64,000 nucleotides of DNA, from contig CAYRWE010000002.1 of NCBI GenBank assembly GCA_964427655.1, positions 1,464-65,463 of the forward strand. The letters are read 5' to 3'. A program made the position numbers and the translations under genes. Origin of the DNA: an uncultured Solibacteraceae bacterium (GTDB lineage: Bacteria > Acidobacteriota > Terriglobia > Bryobacterales > Bryobacteraceae). Within the stretch, counting starts at the first letter, position 1; each line of letters opens with the position of its first letter. Shown here in pieces: positions 1 through 8,842 of this stretch. The notes beneath the pieces were generated by a model. That model was not told the DNA's origin. It did no database searches and saw only the letters and a list, made by a program, of their open reading frames with translations.

Positions 1-297
1 GTCGATCACCGTGAGGTATGCGCGCACGGCGCTCGGGGGCTTGGCCCCTCCCGACTCCCATTCCTGCAACGTTCGGACGCTGAAGCCGTATTCTCGCGCG
101 AACTCGGATTGCGATAGGCCGGAACGGGCGCGGATGGCGCGTACATCCACTGGCCCGGGAACTTCGTATTCGCGCGCAGGAAGATCGAGTTCGCCCCGGG
201 CATGAGCGATGGCCTCTTTTAGTCCGGCTACCACGTCCTTGCCAACCCGCGAGAGTCTGGCTCTCTCTCGGGCAATCTTAGTCCTTGCCCTTGGCAT
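1..297 (-). CDS. XRE/HigA-like helix-turn-helix antitoxin, 3' end cut by window edge
   Basis: Not in the ORF track because no stop lies in the window. My minus-strand translation from ATG 297..295 is MPRARTKIARERARLSRVGKDVVAGLKEAIAHARGELDLPAREYEVPGPVDVRAIRARSGLSQSEFAREYGFSVRTLQEWESGGAKPPSAVRAYLTVID. The segment SGLSQSEFA...SVRTLQEWE is a classic XRE HTH. The start overlaps the toxin 3' end by 20 nt. Confidence 0.7.
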   Translation of the reverse strand, partial: MPRARTKIARERARLSRVGKDVVAGLKEAIAHARGELDLPAREYEVPGPVDVRAIRARSGLSQSEFAREYGFSVRTLQEWESGGAKPPSAVRAYLTVID

Positions 298-625
298 CTT
301 TCAGCGCCTCCACGAACTTCCTGGCGGCCTTCTTATCGGCCGCATCCATGTCCGCTTGTTCGTTCTTGGTGTAGATCGACAGCATATAGACCTCGCCGTC
401 GCGAACCCAGTAATAATAAACGATCCGTACACCCCCGCTCTTACCCCTGCCTTCGCGTCCCCAGCGCGCCTTTCGAACGCCCCCGGTGCCCGGAACGACA
501 GGATTAGACTCGGGGTCGGCCGCAATTGCGTTTTCCATCGCGGCTATCTCCGCTTCCGCCAACAGCCGCTTCGCCTCCCGCTCGTACCGGCTGGTGGCGA
601 ACACTCTTGCCCGCACTGTCTGCAC
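278..625 (-). CDS. RelE/HigB-like (Gp49-type) type II toxin
   Basis: 115 aa. The motifs GGVRKARWGREGRGKSGGVRIVYYY...MLSIYTKNEQADM are typical of HigB/RelE-fold addiction-module killers. The toxin-first order with a downstream HTH antitoxin fits. GTG start at 625; alternative GTGs at 616 and 604. Confidence 0.7.
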   Translation of the reverse strand: MQTVRARVFATSRYEREAKRLLAEAEIAAMENAIAADPESNPVVPGTGGVRKARWGREGRGKSGGVRIVYYYWVRDGEVYMLSIYTKNEQADMDAADKKAARKFVEALKDAKGKD

Positions 626-645
626 TATACGGAACTCCCGTATAG
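625..645. promoter_or_regulatory. Perfect inverted repeat CTATACGG-N5-CCGTATAG abutting the toxin start; candidate TA operator
   Basis: 625-632 CTATACGG and 638-645 CCGTATAG are exact reverse complements. On the minus strand the proximal half-site ends in TATAGT (629..624), a possible -10 box. Confidence 0.35.
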
Positions 646-775
646 CAAGTCAAGGGCCCCCCTGCGTTTCGCAAACGCGTACCCCGCGACAAAGTCGAAT
701 CCACCGCGGAACTTCACACCGTTAGTTAGAGCAGTTGAACAAGGACTTGATGCCGAAAAACGACGGACATCGGAC

Positions 776-810
776 GCGCCGGGGATCCTCGCACGAGGGT
801 CCCCCGGCGC
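776..810 (-). terminator. GC-rich imperfect hairpin downstream of the 822..1193 gene
   Basis: The sequence gcgccggggatcctcgcacgagggtcccccggcgc has arms that pair over ~14 bp with one bulge. On the minus strand a TTTTT run follows about 20 nt later. Confidence 0.35.
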
Positions 811-821
811 TTAGGTTACTC

Positions 822-1193
822 TTACAGCGACCCTAGGGGCTTTGCGGAATCGGCCCGTTGTTGCCTGGACTTATTCGCCTGCTCGGCCCTCAGGCGGGCT
901 TCTTCCATCGGAGAGTAGTGTCCGGTCTTGGTCTTGAACCACTGCTCCAGCCACGGATTGGTGCGCGTCGCGGATTCGTTTCGTAGTGCGGCCTGCTGCA
1001 TGGTCTTTTCGCGGAAGGCCGCGTTGGCCTGTTCGGTTCTCTGCCGCTCCGCCCCCAGGCGAGCTTCTTCCATCGGAGAGTAGTGTCCGGTTTTGGTCTT
1101 GAACCACTGCTCCAGCCATGCATTATTCGACTGCGCCAACCCAGCGGCTGCGAACATAGCACCCGCCAAAGAAATCACTACCAAGCGTTTCAC
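822..1193 (-). CDS. Small secreted protein with two near-identical 21-aa repeats (WLEQWFKTKTGHYSPMEEARL)
   Basis: I prefer GTG 1193 because AAGGAG lies 6 nt upstream. That start gives the signal-like N-terminus VKRLVVISLAGAMFAAAGLAQ. No family recognised. Confidence 0.6.
   Translation of the reverse strand: MKRLVVISLAGAMFAAAGLAQSNNAWLEQWFKTKTGHYSPMEEARLGAERQRTEQANAAFREKTMQQAALRNESATRTNPWLEQWFKTKTGHYSPMEEARLRAEQANKSRQQRADSAKPLGSL
891..1118. repeat. Two ~63-nt direct repeats (891-953 and 1056-1118), period 165 nt, inside the CDS
   Basis: The 56-nt core gcttcttccatcggagagtagtgtccgg(t/c)tttggtcttgaaccactgctccagcca matches at 55/56 positions. Synonymous positions are also conserved. Confidence 0.85.
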
Positions 1194-1366
1194 GTTTAGC
1201 TCCTTTTCGACTGGAAAACCGCTTTGCCGAATTCGCTTTGATGATCCAGCCACCGGGATCTGATGCGCTCCCTATCGTCCGGGTTCAATCGCTTGGTGCC
1301 GCTGAATACGGAAAACTCCAACAGCCATCTATTCGGGATTTAGTTAGTAGGTGTAACTCGCAGCCC

Positions 1367-2005
1367 CTACTTCGGGTCCACTCTGAAATCGTCGAAGTAA
1401 GTGACCGAGTCGGCCAGCGTCCACAGGCCCACTTTACCGGAGCCGGCGAAGGTGCTGTCCCAGGCTTGCAGGATGCGGCGGTGATTCACGTACACCTGAA
1501 AGCGGTTGCCGCGCACCGAAATCTTCAGGATGCTCCAGACGTTGGAAGGAATGTCGTGCGGCACGCTCTCCTGGATCTGCGTGCGCTGGCCGTTCTCCAC
1601 CTTGAACACGGCCACGTTCTTGGCCAGCGCGTTGACGCGCACCAGGTAGTAATTGTTGGCGTCGCGATAGCGCCAGACCAGCCCGCCGGCGCGATCCTCC
1701 CGGCCCGCCACCGGCTTGAGCCAGACGCTCACATCGCCATCCCGCAGACTTACGTCGTTCAGGATAGCCATTGGGCAGCGGTCATTGGTGGCATCCTGCG
1801 AGATCTGCGCCAGCACGTATGGCTGCGTCGGCGCGGTCGTGTCGTTGCGGACCACCCACTGTGGAGGCCCCCCCTGGTTGGTCATGGTCACGGTCCATCC
1901 GGGCGGCGTTTTCCCAACCGCGTCCTTATCGAAGGTTACGACTGTTCCGGTGGAGATAGATAAACCGAAGGAAAGAAGAAATACTACAGCATTCATGCGC
2001 TTCAC
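1367..2005 (-). CDS. Secreted concanavalin/LamG-like (DUF1080-like) jelly-roll domain protein
   Basis: Signal peptide MKRMNAVVFLLSFGLSIS. The beta-rich body (GGLVWRYRDANNYYLVRV...FQVYVN...GKVGLWT...YFDDFRV) resembles DUF1080/LamG folds. Family call is tentative. Confidence 0.6.
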   Translation of the reverse strand: MKRMNAVVFLLSFGLSISTGTVVTFDKDAVGKTPPGWTVTMTNQGGPPQWVVRNDTTAPTQPYVLAQISQDATNDRCPMAILNDVSLRDGDVSVWLKPVAGREDRAGGLVWRYRDANNYYLVRVNALAKNVAVFKVENGQRTQIQESVPHDIPSNVWSILKISVRGNRFQVYVNHRRILQAWDSTFAGSGKVGLWTLADSVTYFDDFRVDPK

Positions 2006-2074
2006 AGGGGCCCAAATCCCCGATCACCCTATCCCCGTTTTAGCACAAATCGGCCGAAAGCGCGTTTTCGGGCT

Positions 2075-2947
2075 TCAGCCGGCCTTGACGGCTCGTGCCG
2101 CATGATACGAGCTGCGAACCAGAGGACCGGATTCCACGTGCGCGAAGCCCATTTCCCGCCCCGCGGCTCCCAGGCCGTCGAACTCCTCTGGCGTCACGTA
2201 GCGTACGATCGGCAGGTGCTTCGGCGAAGGCCGCAGGTATTGTCCCAACGTGAGGATGTCCACCGCGTGCGCGCGCAGGTCACGCATAGCCTGCCGCACC
2301 TCTTCGAGGGTCTCGCCCAGCCCCAGCATCAGCCCGGATTTGACCGGCGTGGCCGGCGACATCTGCTTGGCGCGCTCCAGCAGCTCGATCGATCGCTCGT
2401 AACGCGCGCCCAGGCGCACCTGGCGGTACAAGCGCGGCACCGTCTCGGTGTTGTGATTGAGTACGTCCGGAGCGGCTTCGAGCACCACGGCGAGAGCTTC
2501 GCGGCTGCCCTGGAAGTCGGGAATCAAAACCTCCACGCCACAGCCCGGAACGCGCTCGCGAATGGCCCGTATGGTCAGGGCGAACAGCTCCGCGCCGCCA
2601 TCCTTGCGGTCGTCGCGGTTCACGCTGGTAATCACGGCGAACTTCAGCCCCATGGTCTCGATGGCTTCGGCCACGCGCCGCGGCTCGTCGTAATCCACCG
2701 GCATGGGTGCGCCCTTCTGGACCGCGCAGAAGCCGCAGCGCCTGGTGCATACGTTGCCCAGGATCATGAAGGTAGCGGTGCGATGGTTCCAGCACTCGCC
2801 CACGTTGGGACAGGCGGCGCTCTCGCAAACCGTGTGCAGGCGCAGGCGCCCGATCAGACCCTTGAGATCGCTGTAGTTCTCGCCGGCCGGCGCGGGCGCG
2901 CGCAGCCATCCGGGGCGTTCAAGCTTGGGGGAGATCGAAACCAGCAC
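2075..2947 (-). CDS. lipA: Lipoyl synthase
   Basis: [13 protein letters not shown] plus the radical-SAM [10 protein letters not shown] motif; 290 aa. Confidence 0.95.
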   Translation of the reverse strand: MLVSISPKLERPGWLRAPAPAGENYSDLKGLIGRLRLHTVCESAACPNVGECWNHRTATFMILGNVCTRRCGFCAVQKGAPMPVDYDEPRRVAEAIETMGLKFAVITSVNRDDRKDGGAELFALTIRAIRERVPGCGVEVLIPDFQGSREALAVVLEAAPDVLNHNTETVPRLYRQVRLGARYERSIELLERAKQMSPATPVKSGLMLGLGETLEEVRQAMRDLRAHAVDILTLGQYLRPSPKHLPIVRYVTPEEFDGLGAAGREMGFAHVESGPLVRSSYHAARAVKAG

Positions 2948-2953
2948 TTCTCT

Positions 2954-3994
2954 TCATTGTAGTGCAGGCGGCCGTACGTTCACCTGAGCGGCCGTTTGGC
3001 ACAGGGTCTCCCAATTGCCTTCGGCGAGCGGAATGCCGTTCTTGAGTCGCTCGGCTTCCGTTCTCCACTCCGGATCGCCCGCCACCAGGACTTCGTCATA
3101 GCCCGGAGCCGGCGGCGTAGCTTTGATGATCCCCACCAGCGCTTCCACGCGCGCGGTAAATTGTTCCGCCGGCATGAAGCGGGCCACATCGATGGCCATG
3201 TACATTTGGCTGGTGTGCATGGCCCGGCCGCGCGTGCGTATGCCGCCCACGTCGGTAGCCATGGCGCCGCCGCCCACGACGGCGCACAGAATCTCCACCA
3301 GCATGGCCAGGCCGCTGCCCTTGTAGCCGCCCAGCGGCATCAGCATCCCTCCGTTGTAGGCTTCCGCGGTGCAGGTGGTGGGGACACCGTGCCGGTCGAA
3401 GGCCCAGCCCGCTGGAATCTCGGGCTGGTTGTTGATCATGGCTTTGAAGATCTTGCCCGCCGCCACCGTGGTGGTGGCCATATCGAGCAGCCAGGGGCCG
3501 GGGACCGCCACGCAGATCGGGTTGGTCCCGGTACGGCCTTCCATGCCCTGCCAGGGCGGAACGATGGCCGAGGCATTGCACATCACGATGCCGATCTGGC
3601 CGGCGGCGCGCATCTTCCCGGCCCACCAGGCGGCGGCCCCGAAGTGGTTCGATTCGCGCGCCACCACCATCCCCAGGCCATGCTCGCGGGCCAGCCGGAC
3701 GGCGTGGCCGCAGCAGGTCTGGGCCACCCACTGGCCGATGGCATTCTGGCCGTCGAAAACCAGGCAGGCGCCGCTTTCCGAGACCACCCGGCCATCCGCG
3801 GCGGCGTCGATCTCGCCCGCCAGCAGTTTTTCCATGTAGAAGGGGACAAGCTGAATCCCGTGCGAATCCACGCCGCGCAGGTTGGAGGCGACTACGGATT
3901 CGGCCACCAGGGCGGCCTTATGTTCCGGGACGCCCCCGGCGGTGAGGATCTCGCGGACAAAGCGTGTAAGTTGAGGAGCTGAGATTAAGGGCAT
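2954..3994 (-). CDS. Ldh_2 family (malate/L-lactate/ureidoglycolate-type) dehydrogenase
   Basis: NLRGVDSHGIQLVPFY and the overall Ldh_2 pattern. Start trimmed to ATG 3994 (MPLISAPQL...). Confidence 0.8.
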   Translation of the reverse strand: MPLISAPQLTRFVREILTAGGVPEHKAALVAESVVASNLRGVDSHGIQLVPFYMEKLLAGEIDAAADGRVVSESGACLVFDGQNAIGQWVAQTCCGHAVRLAREHGLGMVVARESNHFGAAAWWAGKMRAAGQIGIVMCNASAIVPPWQGMEGRTGTNPICVAVPGPWLLDMATTTVAAGKIFKAMINNQPEIPAGWAFDRHGVPTTCTAEAYNGGMLMPLGGYKGSGLAMLVEILCAVVGGGAMATDVGGIRTRGRAMHTSQMYMAIDVARFMPAEQFTARVEALVGIIKATPPAPGYDEVLVAGDPEWRTEAERLKNGIPLAEGNWETLCQTAAQVNVRPPALQ

Positions 3995-4159
3995 GAAGTT
4001 CCAGTTTAATCGGATACCCGCCGCCACGGCGCCGGTCGGACCGCGACTCGCGGGATTCGCGCGCGAGACCGCCGAGAAGGAGCGGCCCAAGGTCCTCCGG
4101 GCGCGTTGATTCCGCAGCCTCTATCCGGGTAGCGCCGATCCGCGGCGGCAGGGTACACG

Positions 4160-4188
4160 GGAACTTTCCACCGCCGGGCGGTGTCTCT
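4160..4188 (+). promoter_or_regulatory. Candidate ECF-type promoter GGAACTT-N17-TCTCT
   Basis: GGAACTT at 4160-4166 and TCTCT at 4184-4188, about 50 nt upstream of the ECF sigma start. It resembles the RpoE-type -35 GGAACTT / -10 TCT consensus. Confidence 0.4.
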
Positions 4189-4238
4189 ATATTTGCAAGG
4201 CTGGAAGTTCCCTGGTACCGTGAAGTCAAAGGCTGAAT

Positions 4239-4910
4239 GTGAGGCTGACGGTGGCCACTTCGATTCTGGAGTTGAGCCCGGACAGAACGGTTGAGACCGC
4301 CGATTGCGACGATCTGCGGCTGGCGGAGGCTCTTCGCCAGGGGTCCGAGGCGGCGTACGAAGAGTTGCTGCATCGCTTCCAGCAGCCGGTGTACGCATTG
4401 GCGTTCCGGCTTTTGAACGAGCCTTCCGACGCGTCCGACGTGGTGCAGGAAGTCTTCCTCAAGGTCTTTCGCAACGTGGGCAGCTTCCGGGGACAGAGCT
4501 CGCTCAAGACCTGGATGTATCGCATCACGGTCAATGAAGCGCACAACGCCCGGCGCTGGTTCTTCCGGCACCGGCGCGAACTCGACTTGGATACAGGATC
4601 GCCGGAAAGCAAGGATTGGAAGGAGAGCATTCCCGATAACGGCCGCTCGCCGTATGACGAGACCCTCGACGGAGAGCGGCACGCCATGATCGAAGCGGCT
4701 CTCGATCGCATTAATCCCGCTTTTCGCGATGCCGTGGTTCTCAGGGACATCATGGACCTGAGCTACGAGGAAATCGCGGAAGTGCTGGGAGTTTCGTTGG
4801 GGACTGTTAAGTCCAGGATCCTGCGGGGGCGAGAGGCCCTGCGGGAAGAGCTCGCGGGGAGTCTGGCATCCAGCCCGGCCCTGCGACTGGTGCCGAAAAC
4901 GGCAGAGTGA
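4239..4910 (+). CDS. ECF (sigma-70 family group IV) RNA polymerase sigma factor
   Basis: Region 2 DVVQEVFLKVFRNVGSFRGQSSLKTWMYRITVNEA and region 4 LSYEEIAEVLGVSLGTVKSRILRGR. Confidence 0.9.
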   Translation: MRLTVATSILELSPDRTVETADCDDLRLAEALRQGSEAAYEELLHRFQQPVYALAFRLLNEPSDASDVVQEVFLKVFRNVGSFRGQSSLKTWMYRITVNEAHNARRWFFRHRRELDLDTGSPESKDWKESIPDNGRSPYDETLDGERHAMIEAALDRINPAFRDAVVLRDIMDLSYEEIAEVLGVSLGTVKSRILRGREALREELAGSLASSPALRLVPKTAE

Positions 4911-4919
4911 AGCGTTTCT

Positions 4920-5630
4920 ATGAGTTGTGATCGCGTTCAGGAAACGGCCTCCGGATTACTCGATCGGCAGTTGAAGAACGGGGATCGGGAGCGCCTGTTG
5001 GCGCACGTGGCAAAGTGCCGGGAGTGCGCCGCGCATTTCGAGTCGATCGAGAAACTTCGCGAAGAATTGCGCCGCCTGGCCGCACCCCAGATGCCCGTGC
5101 AATTGAGCGGGAAGCTGCGCGTGCTCGCCTCTCACGAGCGCGCCCGGCAGCTCACGCGAGTCAGCGTCTCGGCGCGCCTGGAGCACTGGATGGGCCGCGG
5201 GCAATTGTGGTTCGATAACCTCATGCGCCCGGTGGCTCTGCCCGTGGCGGGCGGCCTGGTTTCGGCCCTGGCGTTATTCAGCATGCTGGTGCCGAACCTG
5301 AGCTTCGCCCATAGCATCTCCGATCAATCCTTCTTCACGCACCCGGTGGGCCTGGTGGTGGAACAGGTCGGCTCGGTGGTGAAGCCCATGGGATCGGTCT
5401 TTCGGATCGAGCCGGCCGACGCGGAGATCCCCTCCGAGGGCAACGTGGTGCTGCTGACCATCGACGCCACCGGGAGGGTGAGCGATTACTCGATGGCGCA
5501 CGGCAAGCTCACTCCGGACCTGCAGAACATCATCATGTTCTCGCAATTCCTGCCGGCCACGGTCTTGGGATTGCCCACCACGGGCAAAGTGAAGATCGTG
5601 CAGGCCATCGATCGTACCGGCCGGGCATAG
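4920..5630 (+). CDS. Anti-sigma factor (zf-HC2 N-terminus, one TM segment)
   Basis: The H-x3-C-x2-C motif LLAHVAKCRECAAHF lies immediately downstream of the ECF sigma. TM segment: LPVAGGLVSALALFSMLV. Confidence 0.8.
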   Translation: MSCDRVQETASGLLDRQLKNGDRERLLAHVAKCRECAAHFESIEKLREELRRLAAPQMPVQLSGKLRVLASHERARQLTRVSVSARLEHWMGRGQLWFDNLMRPVALPVAGGLVSALALFSMLVPNLSFAHSISDQSFFTHPVGLVVEQVGSVVKPMGSVFRIEPADAEIPSEGNVVLLTIDATGRVSDYSMAHGKLTPDLQNIIMFSQFLPATVLGLPTTGKVKIVQAIDRTGRA

Positions 5631-5639
5631 CGATAGCGC

Positions 5640-6404
5640 GTGGCGCATCCCAAGCTCGGGCAGCACTTCCTCATCAAAGGGGCCATTCTGGAGCGCATCG
5701 CCGCGGCTGCCTGCCCCGCCCATGAAGAGCTCGTCGTCGAAATCGGTCCCGGCCGCGGCGCATTAACCGAGAAGCTGCTGAAGCGCGCGGAGCGCGTTGT
5801 GGCGGTGGAACTGGACCCCGGCTTGGCCGCGCACCTGCGCCACCGCTTTGCCGCCGAGCCGCGCCTCGAAGTTTTACAAGCCGACGCGCTCGCGACCGAT
5901 CTGAACCAGTGGGGCCGCGCGCCCATCGCCGGCAACCTGCCGTACTACGTCGCCTCGCCGATTCTGGAAAAAGCTGTGCGGTCGCCGGCCGCGCGGGCCG
6001 TTTTTCTGATCCAGAAGGAAGTAGCGGACCGCCTGGTGGCGCCTCCCGGCCGGCGCGAATACGGCTTTCTGACGGTCCAAATCGCGCTGTTCGCGAAGGT
6101 TCGCAAGCTGTTCGAGGTGAAGCCCGCCGCCTTCCATCCGCCTCCCAAGGTGGATTCCGCCGTGGTGCTGCTGGAGCCGCGCGAGCGGCCTGCCGATTTG
6201 GCCGACCCCGCCCGATTCCTCGAGTTCGTGGGCCATTGCTTCCGCCACAAACGCAAGACCCTCCGCAACAACCTGGCCGAAGTCTACGGCAAACAGGTTT
6301 TCGAAACCTGGCCCGAAGCGGGTCAGCGCGCGGAGCAGATTTCGCTCGACGGTTTCCTCGAAATGTACCGGCGCATCGAATGCGGACCCATGCGGGTCAG
6401 CTAA
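5640..6404 (+). CDS. rsmA: 16S rRNA (adenine1518/1519-N6)-dimethyltransferase
   Basis: KLGQHFL..., SAM motif VVEIGPGRGALT, NLPYYV; GTG start. Confidence 0.9.
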   Translation: MAHPKLGQHFLIKGAILERIAAAACPAHEELVVEIGPGRGALTEKLLKRAERVVAVELDPGLAAHLRHRFAAEPRLEVLQADALATDLNQWGRAPIAGNLPYYVASPILEKAVRSPAARAVFLIQKEVADRLVAPPGRREYGFLTVQIALFAKVRKLFEVKPAAFHPPPKVDSAVVLLEPRERPADLADPARFLEFVGHCFRHKRKTLRNNLAEVYGKQVFETWPEAGQRAEQISLDGFLEMYRRIECGPMRVS

Positions 6405-6419
6405 ATGAGCTTGCCCCGC
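6392..6419 (+). terminator. Hairpin enclosing the rsmA stop codon, between convergent genes
   Basis: In gcgggtcagcTAAatgagcttgccccgc, GCGGG pairs with CCCGC, with an inner CAGCT/AGCTTG pairing. The right arm AGCTTGCCC is identical to the interspersed hairpin element described in the findings. Confidence 0.3.
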
Positions 6420-6425
6420 TTACCG

Positions 6426-6896
6426 TCACGATTGCGCGGCGCGTTCGAGTTCCGCGATGTCGAGCTTCTTCATCTGCATCATGGCCTGCAGGGCCTTCGG
6501 ATTCTTGACGAGGTCGGGCAGACGCGCGGGCACGATCTGCCAGGACAGGCCAAACTTGTCCTTGAGCCAGCCGCACTGGATCTCGCTGCCCCCGGCCGAG
6601 AGCTTCGCCCAATATTCGTCCACTTCCTTCTGCGATTCGCAGCGCACCACGAACGAGACCGCCTCCGTGAATTTGAACGCCGGGCCGCCGTTGAGCGCCG
6701 TGAACCTCTGGCCGTCGAGTTCGAAGGCGATGGTGAGAATCTTCCCCTTCGGTCCGCCGCCGTCCTCGGCCGTTCGCAATTCGCCGAGGCGCCGCGAGTT
6801 CTTGAAGACCGTGAGATAGAATTCGACCGCCTCTTCGGCGTTCGAGTCGAACCACAGAAACGGCGTGATGCGGGGAAAGTCTTGTAAAGCACTCAT
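6426..6896 (-). CDS. VOC-superfamily / PhnB-like protein (3-demethylubiquinone-9 3-methyltransferase-domain family)
   Basis: ITPFLWFDSNAEEAVEFYLTVF...FTALNGGP.FKF.EAVSF...CGWLKDKFGLSWQIVP. Start trimmed to ATG 6896. Confidence 0.8.
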   Translation of the reverse strand: MSALQDFPRITPFLWFDSNAEEAVEFYLTVFKNSRRLGELRTAEDGGGPKGKILTIAFELDGQRFTALNGGPAFKFTEAVSFVVRCESQKEVDEYWAKLSAGGSEIQCGWLKDKFGLSWQIVPARLPDLVKNPKALQAMMQMKKLDIAELERAAQS

Positions 6897-7075
6897 GAAT
6901 ATACCCACCCGGCGCCCAGGGAAACCGGCGCTCTGAAGACGCCATTGGGAATATATCACGGCTATGCTTTCGGTAGACCGGGGTGGAACTCTGGTGTTGG
7001 GCGGAGAAAGACATTCCCGTCCACGTCGATCATGGCGGCCTCTTCAGGAAACCCGTTTGCAACCGCCGGTCAAGT

Positions 7076-7261
7076 CTATGAAGTCTGAGACGCGTCCCCG
7101 CCGCGCCGTCGCATGAGCTGATGCAGGGCGAAGGGGACTTCGTCCGGATGGATTGCGCACCAGGTGATGATGCGTTCTAACTTGAGGGCATCGTCGGTGA
7201 TGGCACTAATTTCCATCAGCTCGGTTTCGATGGTCTCCGGGTCTCGCATTGAAACCAGCAT
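7076..7261 (-). CDS. Hypothetical small protein (61 aa)
   Basis: An open frame with plausible codon usage in an otherwise empty 420-nt gap. No recognisable motif; start uncertain. Confidence 0.3.
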   Translation of the reverse strand: MLVSMRDPETIETELMEISAITDDALKLERIITWCAIHPDEVPFALHQLMRRRGGDASQTS

Positions 7262-7382
7262 GGCACATATCGCCTTCTGAAGCCATGCGATGAGCCGGCC
7301 GCCACAGGCCGAGCTAGCGGCAACGGCCACCGAGCATCGCCCGTTCCATCCTGCACCTCCAGTCCCCTGCTACAATTCCTTC

Positions 7383-8801
7383 GTGGCCCGCGTCTTGATG
7401 GTCTCTTCGGAAGCCGCGCCGCTGGCGAAAACCGGCGGCCTGGCCGACGTGGTGGGATCCCTGCCCGCCGCCTTGCGCGCTCTCGGCGATGAGGTCGCGG
7501 TGGTTATCCCGCGCTACGGTTCCATCGATTCCAAACGCGCGCGGCTGGTCTGGGATCGCCTGGCCGTTTATCTCGGCCCGGAGCGCTTCGACATCGCCAT
7601 CTACCTGGCCGCCGCCGAATATCCGCTTTACCTGGTGGATTGCCCGCCGCTCTACGACCGCAAGGGGTTCTACGGCGAGGCCGGCATGGATTATCCCGAT
7701 AACCACATCCGTTTTGCGGTTCTCGCGCGCGCCGCGCTGGCCGTGGCCCGCTTCCTGTTCCGCACCGATATCTTCCATTGCCACGATTGGCAGGCGGGCC
7801 TGGTGCCGGCCTACCTGCGCTCCACCTTCGCCGGCGACCCCACTTATTTGGGATCGAAGACCCTCTTCACCATCCATAACCTCGGCTACCAGGGCCTCTT
7901 TCCCAAGGCCGCGCTGGCCGAGGTGGCGCTGGACCCAGCCCTGTTCGGTCCCGACGGCCTGGAGTTCTTCGGCCGCGTCAGCTATATCAAGGGCGGCATT
8001 GAGTTCGCCGACGCGCTCAACACCGTTAGCCCCACCTACGCGCGCGAGATCCAGACGCCCGAGTATGGCTTCGGCCTGGATGGCGCTCTGCGGGCCCGCG
8101 CCGATGTCCTCAGCGGTATCCTCAACGGCGCCGATTACCGCGAATGGGACCCCGCCACCGATCCCCTGATCCCAGCCCGCTATTCGGTGGACAATCTCGA
8201 AGGCAAGCGCGTGTGCAAGCGCGAGCTTCTGGCCGAGCTCGGCCTGCCGCCCGAAGCCCTCGACCGGCCGCTCCTCGGCATGGTCTCGCGCTTCACCCCG
8301 CAGAAAGGCGCCGATATCCTGGCCGAGACCGTGGACCAGTTGGCCGCGCACGATCTCTACCTGGCAGCCTTGGGAAAGGGCGATCCGGAGTACGAGGAAT
8401 TCTTTGAGCGCATGGCCGCCGAGTATCCCGGCCGGGTGGCCGTGCGTATTGCCTTCGACGACGCGCTGGCCCACCGCATCGAAGCCGGCGCCGATATCTT
8501 CCTCATGCCCAGCCGGTACGAGCCGTGCGGCTTGAACCAGCTCTACAGCCTGCGCTACGGCACCATCCCGGTGGTCCGCGCCACCGGCGGCCTCGATGAT
8601 ACCATCGAAGAAAGCACGGGATTCAAGTTCCGGGAGTACTCGGGAGCGGCGCTGTGGACGGCCGTCGAAGCGGCCGTAGAAGCGTTTTCGGACGCGGATT
8701 CGTGGCGCGCCATGATGCGAGGCGCGATGGTAAAGGACTTTTCCTGGAGGGTATCCGCGGCGGCTTATTCGGCTCTCTACCGCCGCTTGCTGGGCGCTTG
8801 A
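7383..8801 (+). CDS. glgA: Glycogen synthase (ADP-glucose type, GT5)
   Basis: VLMVSSEAAPLAKTGGLADV N-terminal signature, IHNLGYQG, C-terminal PSRYEPCGLNQLYSLRYGT.PVVRATGGL.DT. GTG 7383 is preferred over the track's upstream start. Confidence 0.9.
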   Translation: MARVLMVSSEAAPLAKTGGLADVVGSLPAALRALGDEVAVVIPRYGSIDSKRARLVWDRLAVYLGPERFDIAIYLAAAEYPLYLVDCPPLYDRKGFYGEAGMDYPDNHIRFAVLARAALAVARFLFRTDIFHCHDWQAGLVPAYLRSTFAGDPTYLGSKTLFTIHNLGYQGLFPKAALAEVALDPALFGPDGLEFFGRVSYIKGGIEFADALNTVSPTYAREIQTPEYGFGLDGALRARADVLSGILNGADYREWDPATDPLIPARYSVDNLEGKRVCKRELLAELGLPPEALDRPLLGMVSRFTPQKGADILAETVDQLAAHDLYLAALGKGDPEYEEFFERMAAEYPGRVAVRIAFDDALAHRIEAGADIFLMPSRYEPCGLNQLYSLRYGTIPVVRATGGLDDTIEESTGFKFREYSGAALWTAVEAAVEAFSDADSWRAMMRGAMVKDFSWRVSAAAYSALYRRLLGA

Positions 8802-8842
8802 ATCCTTTTGGAACCATGGGATTCTAATAGTGAGGAGAAGAA

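Noticed and set aside
7290-7382. Upstream extension of glgA
   Set aside because: GlgA proteins start right at the (M/V)xxL.VSSE..P.AKTGGLADV motif. The extension would also overlap the divergent small ORF.
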